DNA of 63,061 bases, filler included, from Platydemus manokwari (GCA_037951405.1; 5 parts of 5 records of this genome joined end to end with filler, not necessarily neighbours in it), one strand, 5' to 3'. Shown: positions 28,230 through 40,063, numbered from the whole stretch's first letter. A program made the numbers and translations. The notes: generated from the sequence alone by a model not told the origin.

Positions 28230-29744
28230 CCATTTTTCATACTGTTTGATAATAATAACAAACTAAATGGAAAGAAATAATATTAAATAAATTACAAATA
28301 TATCAAAAACCAGTCGAAAAGTAAAACAATAATATCGAAATAATTTGTGGTTTTTAATCATAAATTGTTATAGCAATCAATTTGTTAGATATTAACAAGT
28401 AGATGATAAATAAATAAATAAAAACATAATTTAATTAATATTTAAAGTTATAAATAAGGAAAATGTAACACTTTACAACAACCATTAATTAGAACTCAAA
28501 GTCATCTAGTGCCAACAGATCTGATAACTTACCTTGAATATTTGCTATACACGAGCAACACAATCCAGGTATAATCAGCTCCACAGCGTTTTGAATTTAT
28601 CTCTCCAAAAATTGGAGGCGATATTCTTTTACAGTCAGTTGGCCTCTGAATTCATCATTCAATAATGAAGAAATGTTTTCGGCCATATTTCGTTTAATCT
28701 GGGCTTTCATAACAGACCAAACTTGCTCAATATCTGTATAGTGGCAAGGAGCATTACAAGCACCAGAATGATGAGTTTTCTGTATAAAGAATATGCTTTT
28801 CGAAAGCATATTCTTAACCATTCTTGCGCATTATCTTAATGAAATGCACCACGCCGCATTTCAAAGTGAATTAGGCCAAGAGACCCAATACACCCAATAA
28901 TGTGTACATTGGCCTCCTTGGATCCCGCTGCAGCTTCACTACACCGAGTGCCTTGTACTAACCTATTTTCTGATCGAGAAATATGAATTTTGAGATTACT
29001 CGCATCCATAAAGAGAATAGGCAGATTATTACCTTGAAAGGCTAGTAATATTTGAGCAAACACTTTGCTCTTCTCCTTATTCTCTGAAGTATTTGTCCTT
29101 TCTGGCTCAAAACGTATTTGTTTCAGTGTATACATCTAAGTGTCTCAATATCGTAGCCTTAGAAACAACTAACGAATAGGCAGTCGGCTGGGGAACATTT
29201 AGCTGCATTGCTAACTGTCGCCAATTTCCGTCTGCATTGAATAGATCCAATATGCGGGTCTTTTTTGTTGCCCATTCGATTTTTTGTTCCTTACCTGATA
29301 CCATGGAATAAAAATTTAAAATATATTTTAAAAAGGTTAAAGAAAGTTTATTTAATAAATAAAAGTGCTACCGTTTTAGCAAGATAATGTAAAAGTTTTT
29401 AAAAATTAAATCTAAAAATTCTTACTTAAATTTGAAGTTTAGGATTTTATTAAATCTAATAAATATATTGAATTAAATTTACCTTTGATTTTTTTGAGTT
29501 TAATTTTAATCATTTATTAATATTAATCGTATTTTTGTTGTCATATTGAACTGTTCTTGATTATTGCATGGATTTTGTGCATTTTTATTATTATCATTTA
29601 GTTTGTTATTATTATCATTTAGTTTGTTATTATTATCATTTAGTTTGTTAATATTATCATTTAGTTTGTTATTATTATCATTTAGTTTGTTATTATTATC
29701 ATTTATAATAGTTTGTTACTATTATCATTTAGTATGAAGAATGG
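28230..29744 (-). mobile_element. Defective IS630/Tc1 (DDE_3-type) DNA transposon with TIRs
   Basis: TA flanks; TIR CCATT(T/C)TTCATACT...GATAATAATAACAAACTA at both ends. Transposase fragments from ATG 29304: HTH (WRQLAMQLNVPQPTAY), LFMDASN, GSKEANVHIIGCI..RRGAF, NAPCH, IEQVWSVMK. Frameshifts and internal deletions. Confidence 0.85.
29585..29733. repeat. 21-bp minisatellite (TTATTATTATCATTTAGTTTG), about 7 units
   Basis: Directly visible tandem units ending inside the right TIR of the Tc1 element. Confidence 0.9.
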
Positions 29745-30989
29745 TATATATCTCATTAAATTAACACGCCAGAACTATATTGAGTTGTTGGGCCAGCTGT
29801 CACCTTGTAGTATTTCTTGAATGTCTGGATTGGTCAAGATTATATAAATGGTATTTTAAACCACATCTTTCCATTATTTTAGTATGAACATACGTTTCCT
29901 TATCAAACTACATCTATTTGATCGCTTTTCTTTGATGACCAATGAGCATTAAATCAACGTTCAATTTAAAATTGCGCGAACAATTTGTTTTTATTAAAAT
30001 TCTTATCGCTTTGCTTGTCAAAAAATTTTCTTTGTCGTTTTGACAAGTCTTAAGATAAATGATAATTGATAACAAAGAGAGAATAATTAGATATCTAATG
30101 GACACTAATCGACACATTGATTCGTTAATAATTAGATCAATAAAATGTAGTATTTGGATAAAGTTCTTGAATAATATTAACAGCAAATTTGTATGTAAGT
30201 ATCTGAAAACTATCGAATAATTGATAAACATATGGATTTCCACATGATTTTTGGAAAGAATATTGATTATATTTTTGAAATATTTTAAATGATGATATTT
30301 CACCATCAGTTTGAAAATAATTAAAAAATTAATAAATAATTAAATTAAAAACGATAAACACGTGTTTCATTATATATTTTAATATTTTGATATTTATTTA
30401 ATTATATTTTGTTTCCATAATACGGATTTGATTGATGTGATTGTGTATATATGGGTGTGATTGGTTATAAATGAATATATATAGTCTTATCCCAAGAAAT
30501 ATCGACTATAATGTGTACCGAATTATCATAAATTATTTCAGAGATTTGATATTAATATATAACATGAATCAAACGCCTTTGAAGTGCTGGGTATGCATGA
30601 ATAATTCGCATGTAAAAATTAAATGAACACAAAATCTGATATATCATACCAGAAATAATAATTTCACGATCATTTGACCACTAGCGCATTATGGAATATT
30701 GACATTCTAATGTAGAAATAAAATACAGCTTAAGATTTTATAATGTGCGGATTTTTTTTGCAATTATGGAGTGTTTTTTTTGGAACACACAACTCAGTTA
30801 AGTATTCAAATTTTATTTACCTTTTTATGAAACTTAGACTGAATAAACAGGATTTAAATTGTTTTATAATTTGTTTTGATTATTGATTTACAGTTAATTT
30901 ATCTGTTTGTATTTTTTTGTCCGAAATTTCTAGTGAGCACAAATAATATCAATAAATATACACAAAGACGCCGAAACTCATCAATTGCA

Positions 30990-31480
30990 CAACTGTGATC
31001 GAATATGATCAGGAATAAAAACTAAGTGCTTTGGTATCAAATAAAATTTGACTAATTTGAGGCTCTAAACATTGTTCAAACGAAGTGTTGACAGAACCAC
31101 CAAGGTCTCCAATTGTCTATTGACGATTTTCGTGTACCGAATATTGAATTTTATTGAAGGGCTGTGTATCAGTTTATGTTTGTGTTCTCTTCATCATGTT
31201 CTCGATCCTCTCTTTACAAAATTTTATATTACTCATGTTCTTGTTTTCGACATATCCTAGTCATTGAAAATCTTCATCAATATTTTCAGCGTCTCTGCAA
31301 TGAAAATCGTATTATGCAAATAAATTTTAATGTAAATTCTTTGCTCAACAAAATCAGACATTGTAAGTCTTAATTGATAAAGGCATTGGCATAAATTTGA
31401 AATTAATGGCATACTACAAATCGATAAACTCCTGAATTTAAAATTCAAAAATTCCCGGTCATATTTTATCACAGTAGTTT
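30990..31480 (-). mobile_element. Mariner transposase 5' remnant
   Basis: ATG at 31361: MSDFVEQRIYIKIYLHNTIFIAETLKILMKIFND*DMSKTR...ENRQ*TIGDL...LIPKHL, matching the mariner N-terminus (EQRxCIKF, TLxMLxxAFG, NRRLTIREL, WVPxxL); multiple stops. Confidence 0.7.
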
Positions 31481-31567
31481 CTAGCGTTTACTTTTAATTG
31501 AGATTTTGATATGAAATTCATTTTAAATCATTCTAACATTTGCCAGTATTTTACGTTAATTGATCAG

Positions 31568-33168
31568 GTGTGTCTGGTTTTACTATTTTAATTCTGAAAA
31601 TGGTAAAATATTTCTGAAAATGTGTAACACCTGATTTATTTATTGATTCCATTCTGAAATAATATAGTAGGAAATTTTCAATTTATTTGATTGGTTTAAA
31701 TCACCAACTATGAAAGTGTAAAATTATATTTTTATTCAAAATCTTTTGATTAATTATTTTGCGAGATTTGTTTTCATAAAAGCCTTTTTATTTACATTTT
31801 AGTTTTAAGCTAAACTTTGTTATAATATTTGCTATAATGTATTTTCTCGATTTTATTGTGTTATTATATCTCTGCTTTGTTCATTTTCATTATTTTTTGA
31901 AAAATTGACATTAAAAATTAAATTAAAGGAAATATAAATTTTTTTTAGTGATATGAAACGAATTTTAATAATGTGATCTTGGGTTTGATTTAATTAAATA
32001 CGTTATTATTCTACTTGGTGTTATGTTTCCTTATTAAACTTTCCTGATAACTTTATCATTATGATTGCAATGGTGTTTAATGAAATTGCCTTGGAAGTTT
32101 CAATGTTCTCAATATATTTTTGATGAGTTACATCAGTAATATTTGATTATATTACCGTTGCGATTAAGATGTGATTTTGAGATTTAGATGAAGAGTCTTA
32201 ACACATTGACGGACAGTAGGAACAAGTGAAGTTCGAAATTTAACACTTTATGTGCGTACTTAAGCTGTAAGTCGTGTAGTAGGTGGAAAACAAAAGTCAA
32301 CCGAAAAAATTGTTTCCAAAAAATGACACTAGTCTTCTATTTGTACGCCAGTAAATGCATATTTGTGCCGCTATAGCCGCATTCTCCAAAAAAGACCGTT
32401 TCATTTTAGCCGACTATTGCCGTCATCCCACATAGTGAACTTCGCTTTGACGGTTATGGACGCAGTGTCCGTCAACGTGTTAATTTTTGTTTATCGGTGT
32501 TGATTTTTCTTGGTATTTTCAGATATAACTCTGAGCAACAACAATGCAGAAGTTAACAACATTCAAGAAGATAATAAATCAAAACCACGCGTGTCCACAG
32601 TTGGACCTATAGTGACAATTACAGAAAGTTCTCCTTTAAATAAAGGGTTACTTTCATATCAGAATCCATTTGCATTTTTAGAATATATATATTTAGTACT
32701 TCGAAACCAAAAGTAATTTCAACCCAAAAAATACCAGTATCCTCATCAGGCGAATCATCATCGGAAAAGACACCTCAACAACATCGATATAAGAAAAATA
32801 TAATCAATTATCGTGCATCTTCACAAACACAGGCGACAATTGACACAACTAATTCAAGTGCTTCATCAACAAATGATAAATCCACTTCTCCAATAACAAC
32901 CAAACCTACTGAGAACACAAATGTGACACTTAATGAACTGTTATCCAATCCCGAAAAGAGGTAAAATGTTTTTAATGATTGTTTAATGATTTATTTGAAT
33001 AATCGATAAAGCAGAATAATAATCATTGGGAAAAGAAAACACTATTTTGTTTGAATTAGATTTCTGAATTAGATTCGAATACTCTATCTATTCATTCATT
33101 ATCATTTCCCTTTCATTCATTCCTCTTTTAGGAAATGGGCTGAGAAATTGTTTTTCCAATTTACCTAA
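31568..33168 (+). CDS. 3' exons of an unknown Ser/Thr-rich, probably disordered protein
   Basis: Phase-compatible exons 31568-31602 (35 nt), 32523-32646, 32697-32960, 33132-33168, reading CVWFYYFNSENDITLSNN...TLNELLSNPEKRKWAEKLFFQFT*. 5' exons not resolved. Confidence 0.65.
32202..32479. mobile_element. piggyBac-type MITE, copy 2 (intronic)
   Basis: TTAA flanks at 32198-32201 and 32480-32483; TIR CACATTGACGGACA/TGTCCGTCAACGTG; co-linear with 2393-2671. Confidence 0.8.
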
Positions 33169-34747
33169 TAACGAAGTTCCTTTTCTTTCATTTACTGTCT
33201 AGCACGATAATGTTATTTTTCATCAAACTATAACGATGTTAAAATATTCAGATTATTTACACTCCAAATGTTTTAACGGTTTATTTGAGTATTTTTCGAA
33301 ATAGAATAAATGTATTTTTATTTTGTTTAAACCAATCATCATTATATATATAAACAATGGCTTGTTATCAACTATTGTAATACCATCTGTGCGTTGATGG
33401 GTTTTTCGAGACAAATCATAGATTTTCTACACAAAAATTTATATATTTTCTTTAAATTTAAACTCTTGCGATAAAATGAATTTTTTATCTTTATCTGTTG
33501 CGTTATTGGATTCTAGAATCTAGTATTGGCTCAGAAAATTATAATTACTTGTATAATAATAATTTAAGTCTTATAATGTTAAGTTAATGGAATCATTGAT
33601 AATTTCAACCGATTCCCAGTTCTTTTGAGTGCTAGTATTGAATTGAACTTCCAATCCATCATTTATTAATTCACTTTCTGATATATTGGAACCCACAATC
33701 ATTTTACTCCATATTATTAAAACTTACCATTTGATCACCCTTTGTGAATACATTACAGTTTCACATAGGCATACATTTTAAATAAATATTTAACTTTCAA
33801 AATTCGTTAACATAATATTATGTTGTATGATAAATTTCGTAACCCAGTTAATGGACACTATGAGAGTTAATTTTTAATTATTTAATACGAAGCTTTATGA
33901 ACTATAAATTCTATTTAATAAACAACGAACAAATCAGTTGTATCCATCTCACCAGGTAAGCTAATTAATTGAATGCCGTTGTTGTAAATGACGTCTCTCA
34001 ATATTTAAAATTATGAATGACAACTATAGTGTCACACATTGTCCTTTCAAATGTTGAAAATTGCGGAAAAAAATTATTTTTAAATTGAAAAAAAATAACA
34101 AAACATATTATTTTACAAAAATAACAATAAATCCAACTGTAATTGCAAGTCTGTAAGGTTAACACGAATTTAAATGGTGGTTTTTTTATCGGGATTATTA
34201 ATCCACATGTGTGTGATTCATTCCATTTATATGATCTATTTATCGATCCAACTGATTATTTTCTTGTGGGATTTGTATTTTAAATTATTTGATTCAATAT
34301 AAACCAGAATATCTGTTTCATCCTTTATTTTCTGTTGTTGTAAGCGTTTCTGTTTTTCATTTTATTTTTATGAAACATGATATGTGGTTATTATTTCCTG
34401 CATTCAACTAATGGGAATATAAGAGCCACTCAAATTTCTCTACTGGCAGCTCAATTATGGATAAAATAATCAGAAAAGCAAAGATTTTAAATTGTTTTCA
34501 AAATCAAAAAAATTTATTTATTGACCATAGTAACATATACGACCCGTGTAATCATCATTCTTTAATATTTTTCTTCTATTTTTCACATTATCGAAACATA
34601 AAACTTGGAATCATTTCTATGGTATTTGATAACTGACGTTATAAATATTTCCCATCAGATAAAATTCAATAAAATGACTTTAATGGAATCTGAAAGTTTT
34701 GGAAGGTTTTCAATACATAATCTTTGAATACCAATACTTTTGAATAT

Positions 34748-34887
34748 TGAAAGCCTGAGTCTTCGATAGTAATTAACAAAATTAAGAGATTTCGACTTGA
34801 GAAATTTTTTAGATGTAATATGCAGCCTTATTTCTTAAGTCGAAATCTCTTAATTATGTTAATTACTATCGAAGACTCAGGCTTTCA
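34748..34887. repeat. Long inverted repeat: 58-bp arms, 24-nt loop
   Basis: 34748-34805 is the reverse complement of 34830-34887 with two mismatches. Confidence 0.9.
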
Positions 34888-35507
34888 GCCTATATGTTTC
34901 GATAGTTTCATTTTTATTTGATCAAATCTAATGGATTATTATTCAAAAGAATTATTCACCAAAACTATATCCATGAACACGATTTTGAGATCAAGCTTTG
35001 TTGTCCAGGATTCGATAATGAATATCATTATTTATTGAAAAGGTATTTATATTTCTAGTAACCAATAAATAGCCTTCGACATAACATTCTTTTAAAAGTT
35101 TCTTCACTTATACTTATCGCAATATAAATCTCTATGTTATTCTTTGGGTTGAAATTTGTCATTCTATTGACATAGTTATACAAAATTTGAAATAATACTT
35201 CAAATATTTCAATCATTTTATGATTTTAACATAGAATTTTCAACATCCAATCATAGTATTTTTCTTGTATATATGACACGCACTTTTCTTTGCAATACAT
35301 ATTAGGCATTCTTTTCGCTTTATATATGCTATAATATATACCATTTATTCAGGATTGTATGTTTTCATCGAAGTCATGAGTTTTATTATATATACTATCG
35401 TGTTATTTATAGAGTTACTTGGAAATGGATATCCATTGCATTAGAATAAAATTGCAAAAATGTAACATCAAATACATTGCTTTGATATTTTTATTGTTAA
35501 AAATGAA

Positions 35508-35610
35508 TTGATGCGATCAAATGTTTCCATTGATGTGATCAAATGTTTCCATTGATGTGATCAAATGTTGCCACTGATGTGATCAAATGTTGCCATTGAT
35601 GTGATCAAAT
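35508..35610. repeat. 22-bp minisatellite (TTGATGTGATCAAATGTT(T/G)CCA), about 4.7 units
   Basis: Directly visible tandem units. Confidence 0.9.
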
Positions 35611-36179
35611 TATCGTCACTTCATCATCGATGCATGATATATTGTTCATAATATTATGCTTATTATATTTTCAACTCATAATAGGTTAACCTATCTTGTT
35701 ACACAATGCATGAACACCACACTCTACGACAGCTGTTCCTTTGCTTTAATTTTAGCATAAATATCTGGATAATTTCCGATACTCTGTTTTCGGTCGCACG
35801 ATTGTCTATTTCAACGAAGTTTGTCGGATACATTGTAGGTGAAAACATGGTGTGTTTTACTAACTTTTATTAAACTGTAAAGTATAATAGGGAAAACTAA
35901 TGCTAATACTAATACCAATAATTTTATTTTTTCAGTATTGAGCCAATTATCACATTAGAATCATATATTATATAATTGATATCGTACTTTAAATAAAATC
36001 GTTATTTATTCAAGTAAGACATTATAAAATACCTTTTTAAAAGACTAACTGTTAAATTCTTAATTTTAAAAATATTAAAATTACTAAAAGTCAAATTTAA
36101 ATATTTTAACTAAAAAATGAAGATCTAATATAAAATTGTGGACATTATGATTAAGATTAAAAAATGGAAATCAGAATTT

Positions 36180-36460
36180 ACCATGTTTATGGAAATAATG
36201 GTTTCTCAGTCGGCACTTTGTCCGATATCCAGAGTAGCGCAGTTGGTCTACTAGATGAAAGTAGAAGGCTCCCGATATGCTTTGGACCCAGTATTCTATT
36301 AGAGGCGTGGTAAGTCCGATACCGCGTAGATTCATTGAAGTGTATAGAAAATTGTTGTTGCTGGATTTTGAGCCGTTCAAATTTGGAATTTTCCGCGAGA
36401 CTTGGCGAATTTTCTTGTCGAATGATTTAATTAGTTGGCCGTGTTGATCAGTAATTACTT
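36180..36460 (-). mobile_element. Non-LTR retrotransposon fragment (post-RT thumb region, R2/R4/NeSL-like)
   Basis: Open frame LIKSFDKKIRQVSRKIPNL...NNFLYTSMNLRGIGLTTPLIEYW resembles the LxxxDxxIR...LYxxxxxGGxGL motif downstream of RT. Confidence 0.45.
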
Positions 36461-37194
36461 GTGCATTTTATCAATATTATTAATTAAAACCGATGTTATA
36501 ATTTAATGACCATTTAATATTACTTTCTATTCATTTAGATTTAAACGTGGATCAACGAAAAGAAGCAGTTTTGCCTTAAGCTTAGAAAAGGGGTCCTTTG
36601 ACTTACTTTCATAATAATTATTTTTCGAATTCCAGATAATTTTTTAAATCAATTTTATATATAATTATGATTATTGATTTATTCGTATAATTCAGTTTAT
36701 ATTTCACCTCTTGGGATATCTAATAGGGACAAAACATAGTTTTAAAAACAAGTTTCCGTTCTAATGACATACCTTCATACATTTATTTGAGTTTTTAAAT
36801 CGAAATTTTTAAAATTATAAATCGAGTTATTTAATAAAATATAATAATTGTGAAAATTGAGAGTGCCTCTCAATTTTTCTCAAATACGAATAAAGCGACT
36901 TTCGTTTAGAAGGGGTCTTTGTCAATGTTTCATCTAATTTTTTGTAAATCGCTTTGCGAAATTTTTAGAGATATGCAAAATATGATAAACTGTGTGCTCT
37001 GTGCACACAGGAATGAACAAAAGCAGGAAAATAATTTATTCATGTGATAGACTCCTTATTTCTTAACATGACTAATATTATGGATACAATAAACTGTTGA
37101 AGATAAAACTATAAGCTACAATAAAACAATTATTTAAAGAAAGCAAATTGTATATTCTACTTTCTGATTGTGTCAATCGTGAACTAACATTGGA

Positions 37195-37500
37195 ATTCTT
37201 CTCTCTTCTATCGTTTGCCTGTACCCATGCTTTGTACACACAATCTAAATCAACAACAACATTATTTTGAAAATAGGTCTTAATTCTTACAATCATGTCC
37301 AGACGCACATTTCACTCATTGTAATTCTTTGCTTGGTTTTAATGGAATTCATTAAAATAAAGCCCCTTTAAAAGACTGCTCTTGTTGCCGTAAATGTCCC
37401 AGGAATGTACCACAACTTGGACAAATTCAATCTTCTCGACTTCTTTAAGAAATTTGCACAATTTCTAGAAAACTGTTCACAGATTTTGATTTCAATTTTC
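37195..37500 (-). mobile_element. hAT transposase C-terminal remnant (ZNF862-like type)
   Basis: Reads, with frameshifts, RGF.LMNSIKTKQR..MSE.RLDMIVRIKTYFQNNVVVDLDCVYKAWVQANDRREK, typical of the hAT dimerisation domain end. Confidence 0.65.
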
Positions 37501-37836
37501 TTTGAGCATAGAATTTAAAATTATTGTACTGTTATCTTATAACTTGTTCTGATGTATTAAGAAAAACCGAAATTATCTTACATAAAAAAGAGATTTCGTC
37601 ATTTCCAACAATTATAAAATTATATATGTATTTTATGCAAGATTACATGTCCAAACAGGACAAAAAGACGTTATTTATTTATTTATATAATTTTTAAGCT
37701 TTCAACACAGTTTAATTCTAAATGTTCTATTGTTAGGTCCATATGCCTCAATTTTTGTGACACAGTTATTCAGTAAATTTCAATAAAGTTTCCAATACAA
37801 ATTTCAAGTGAAGTTTTCTTCGATAGAATTGAGCAG

Positions 37837-38106
37837 ATGGTGGAAGACATTATGGCACATGAAACAACGAAAGAGGACCTAGTGGCATTCCTGGCAGTCC
37901 ATTGCTCAGAGGATGCGGAATTGGAAAAAGAAATAAATATGAATGATATTGTCGAATTACCGAAGATTAAGACGGTAATAAAAAAGTTAGACGAAGTACA
38001 GGAGGTAAAAAATGTGAGTGCTGCAACACTTGAAGAGTTAAGAACCCCGAAGATTTCGTACGATAGAATGCAAGGAAGACCAAGCACAATTATAAGAATC
38101 CAAAAT
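37837..38106 (+). mobile_element. Possible LTR-retrotransposon gag fragment, cut by the gap
   Basis: Purine-rich intronless open frame running into the N spacer; no diagnostic motif seen. Confidence 0.25.
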
Positions 38107-38206
38107 NNNNNNNNNNNNNNNNNNNNNNNNNNNNNNNNNNNNNNNNNNNNTTAATTAATTAANNNNNNNNNNNNNNNNNNNNNNNNNNNNNNNNNNNNNN
38201 NNNNNN
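38107..38206. other. Assembly spacer
   Basis: 44N-TTAATTAATTAA-44N. Confidence 0.97.
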
Positions 38207-39289
38207 AAATTTAATTTCGTTTTTGTATTAAGCACCAAAAAGTTAAATAAAAAACTATCAAAGCTAGTTGCATTACAAGAACTATAATAAAATCAAAAAA
38301 CAGCACATTCATACTGTTATAATAGATGTGCATAATCAATTAAGTAATTATTTGAAGATTATCGTAAAGATAAATATTTTTCTTCAAAATAAATTAAGTT
38401 GTAATTAATCTTATTAAATATTTTAGGCATATTACCAATGGATTACAATCGATTATAAGTTATGTACCAAAGTAAAATAATAAGTGGATTTATGATAAAT
38501 CTTGTAATTAATGCTGATTATATCATTAGAGGTATCTTATAATCATTGCTCAATGAAGGCTCCAAACTTTAATACATGGGACTAGAGAATGCTTAGACTT
38601 CTGATGTAACAAGTAATGAATAATTATTTAATAAAAGTAAAATTATTCTAAATCCTAAACTTAAATATTCGTGTGAATTATCAAGTAATATAAGCACCGA
38701 TAAGAAAGTATTTAGAATGTTCTTGACAAACTGTTTATGTAATGCATAAAGTAATCCTAAATATTTTATTGCGAAAACATTTTTAAATTTAATTCAAATA
38801 AATAGATATTGATATCTAGTGTTCCGAAATGTTGCTTAAACACATGATAGCTCAAAACAAGCCTAATAACTAATATTCGGTATAAAATCAAAGATTAGTA
38901 AATGCAATTAAGAGTATACTACAATTGATACTTAGTATAGTAAGCACCATAATTAAATTTCAAGACGATTAACAGATACTTTTAAATTTATAAATATTAA
39001 AAAATTAACAAATATCAATTCAAAATCTAAAACTTTCATAAAACTAAAATTAGCAAAATCCTGAAATAGACAAAACCAAAGTAACTTACAAGACAAAATA
39101 TAATGCAAAATCCAAGACAAAATAATAGATAAAAATAAACAATGAAAAATACAGTTTCACGTTTAATTTTAAAAAATTACAATTCCATAGCCAAACAGAT
39201 TAATATTACAAATCAAACAAATCTTGCAACAAGAAACAAATTATAATGTAATTAAAAATAAATGATTTATTAATATACAAAATAAAATA

Positions 39290-39913
39290 TTAAAAGGGTT
39301 GGGAACTTATAAAGCCTTTATCTCGTAGAAGATCTTTAACAATATTTTTCACAGTATTCAACTTTTTCCTCATTTCAAGCATGTCAGTTTTCGCATTAAC
39401 CATTTCTAAAGCTGATTTATTCAATTCTTCTTCTAATTTAGATTTATTCATTTTCTGTTTTTGTCTATAACGAAAAGCTGCATCACTATTACTAGCTTTT
39501 TTTTCATTACATATTTCACTATAAAAATTTGATTGTGTATCAAAGTCTTCAAAAAAGGCATCTACATGTTTGCGTTTTCGTTTGTTCGAAGTCTGATGGA
39601 TATATTTATATTCAGTACAAGGCGATGAGGAATCAATTTCGGAAAAAGTTCCGTTAAAAAGATCGTTAAAGTCATTAGGATCAGGCAAGGGCGCTTGACT
39701 AAGTTCTTCAATAAGCTGTGTTAATAGGGCTTCATTGAACTCACTAAAATCATCTGGTAAGTCATAGGATTGAAGGGACAATGACGAAGAGTTAGCTTCA
39801 TCCTCACAACATTCAATAATATTTTCATCATTGTTTGGATAATAATCATGTGATCCATATTTGGAAAGTTTTGGATCTGCGTCCAAAAGTAAATAATCGA
39901 TGTTTTCGAGCAT
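39290..39913 (-). CDS. atf4: ATF4/ATF5-like bZIP transcription factor, 207 aa
   Basis: First in-frame ATG at 39913 (MLENIDYLL...). Acidic N-terminal region; basic region EKKASNSDAAFRYRQKQK (ATF4: KKMEQNKTAATRYRQKKR) followed by a C-terminal zipper; ATF4-type uORF leader. Confidence 0.8.
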   Translation of the reverse strand: MLENIDYLLLDADPKLSKYGSHDYYPNNDENIIECCEDEANSSSLSLQSYDLPDDFSEFNEALLTQLIEELSQAPLPDPNDFNDLFNGTFSEIDSSSPCTEYKYIHQTSNKRKRKHVDAFFEDFDTQSNFYSEICNEKKASNSDAAFRYRQKQKMNKSKLEEELNKSALEMVNAKTDMLEMRKKLNTVKNIVKDLLRDKGFISSQPF

Positions 39914-39947
39914 TTGTATTTGAGGTTGTATATTGTAAGTTAGCCAT
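39846..39947 (-). promoter_or_regulatory. Inhibitory-type uORF2 overlapping the bZIP start out of frame (33 aa)
   Basis: ATG at 39947 (attATGg) reads MANLQYTTSNTNARKHRLFTFGRRSKTFQIWIT* and stops at 39846, inside the main CDS. Confidence 0.7.
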
Positions 39948-40048
39948 AATGAAACTAGACAAAAAACATTTAAAAGAAATTGAAATGATAGTAAATTATT
40001 ACTTATTTGGGAGCGCTTTCGCACTATTAGCAAAAATAGGTATATAAA

Positions 40049-40063
40049 CTATTTCATCATCAT
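40049..40063 (-). promoter_or_regulatory. Short uORF1 (MMMK*) in the putative leader of the ATF4-like gene
   Basis: ATG ATG ATG AAA TAG on the minus strand upstream of uORF2; a candidate 48-nt GT-AG intron (40002-39955) lies between them. Confidence 0.55.

Noticed and set aside
29585-29733. Tandem arrays here and at 35508-35610 as CRISPR-like arrays
   Set aside because: Head-to-tail units without unique spacers, eukaryotic context, no cas genes.
29780-30120. Type II membrane protein-like start (MCRLVSIRYLIILSLLSIIIYL...) on the minus strand
   Set aside because: Runs into stops and no family motif was identified.
36853-36877. 11-bp-arm hairpin AAAATTGAGAG-tgc-CTCTCAATTTT
   Set aside because: Short and AT-rich, with no downstream CTRR Helitron end nearby; plausibly chance.
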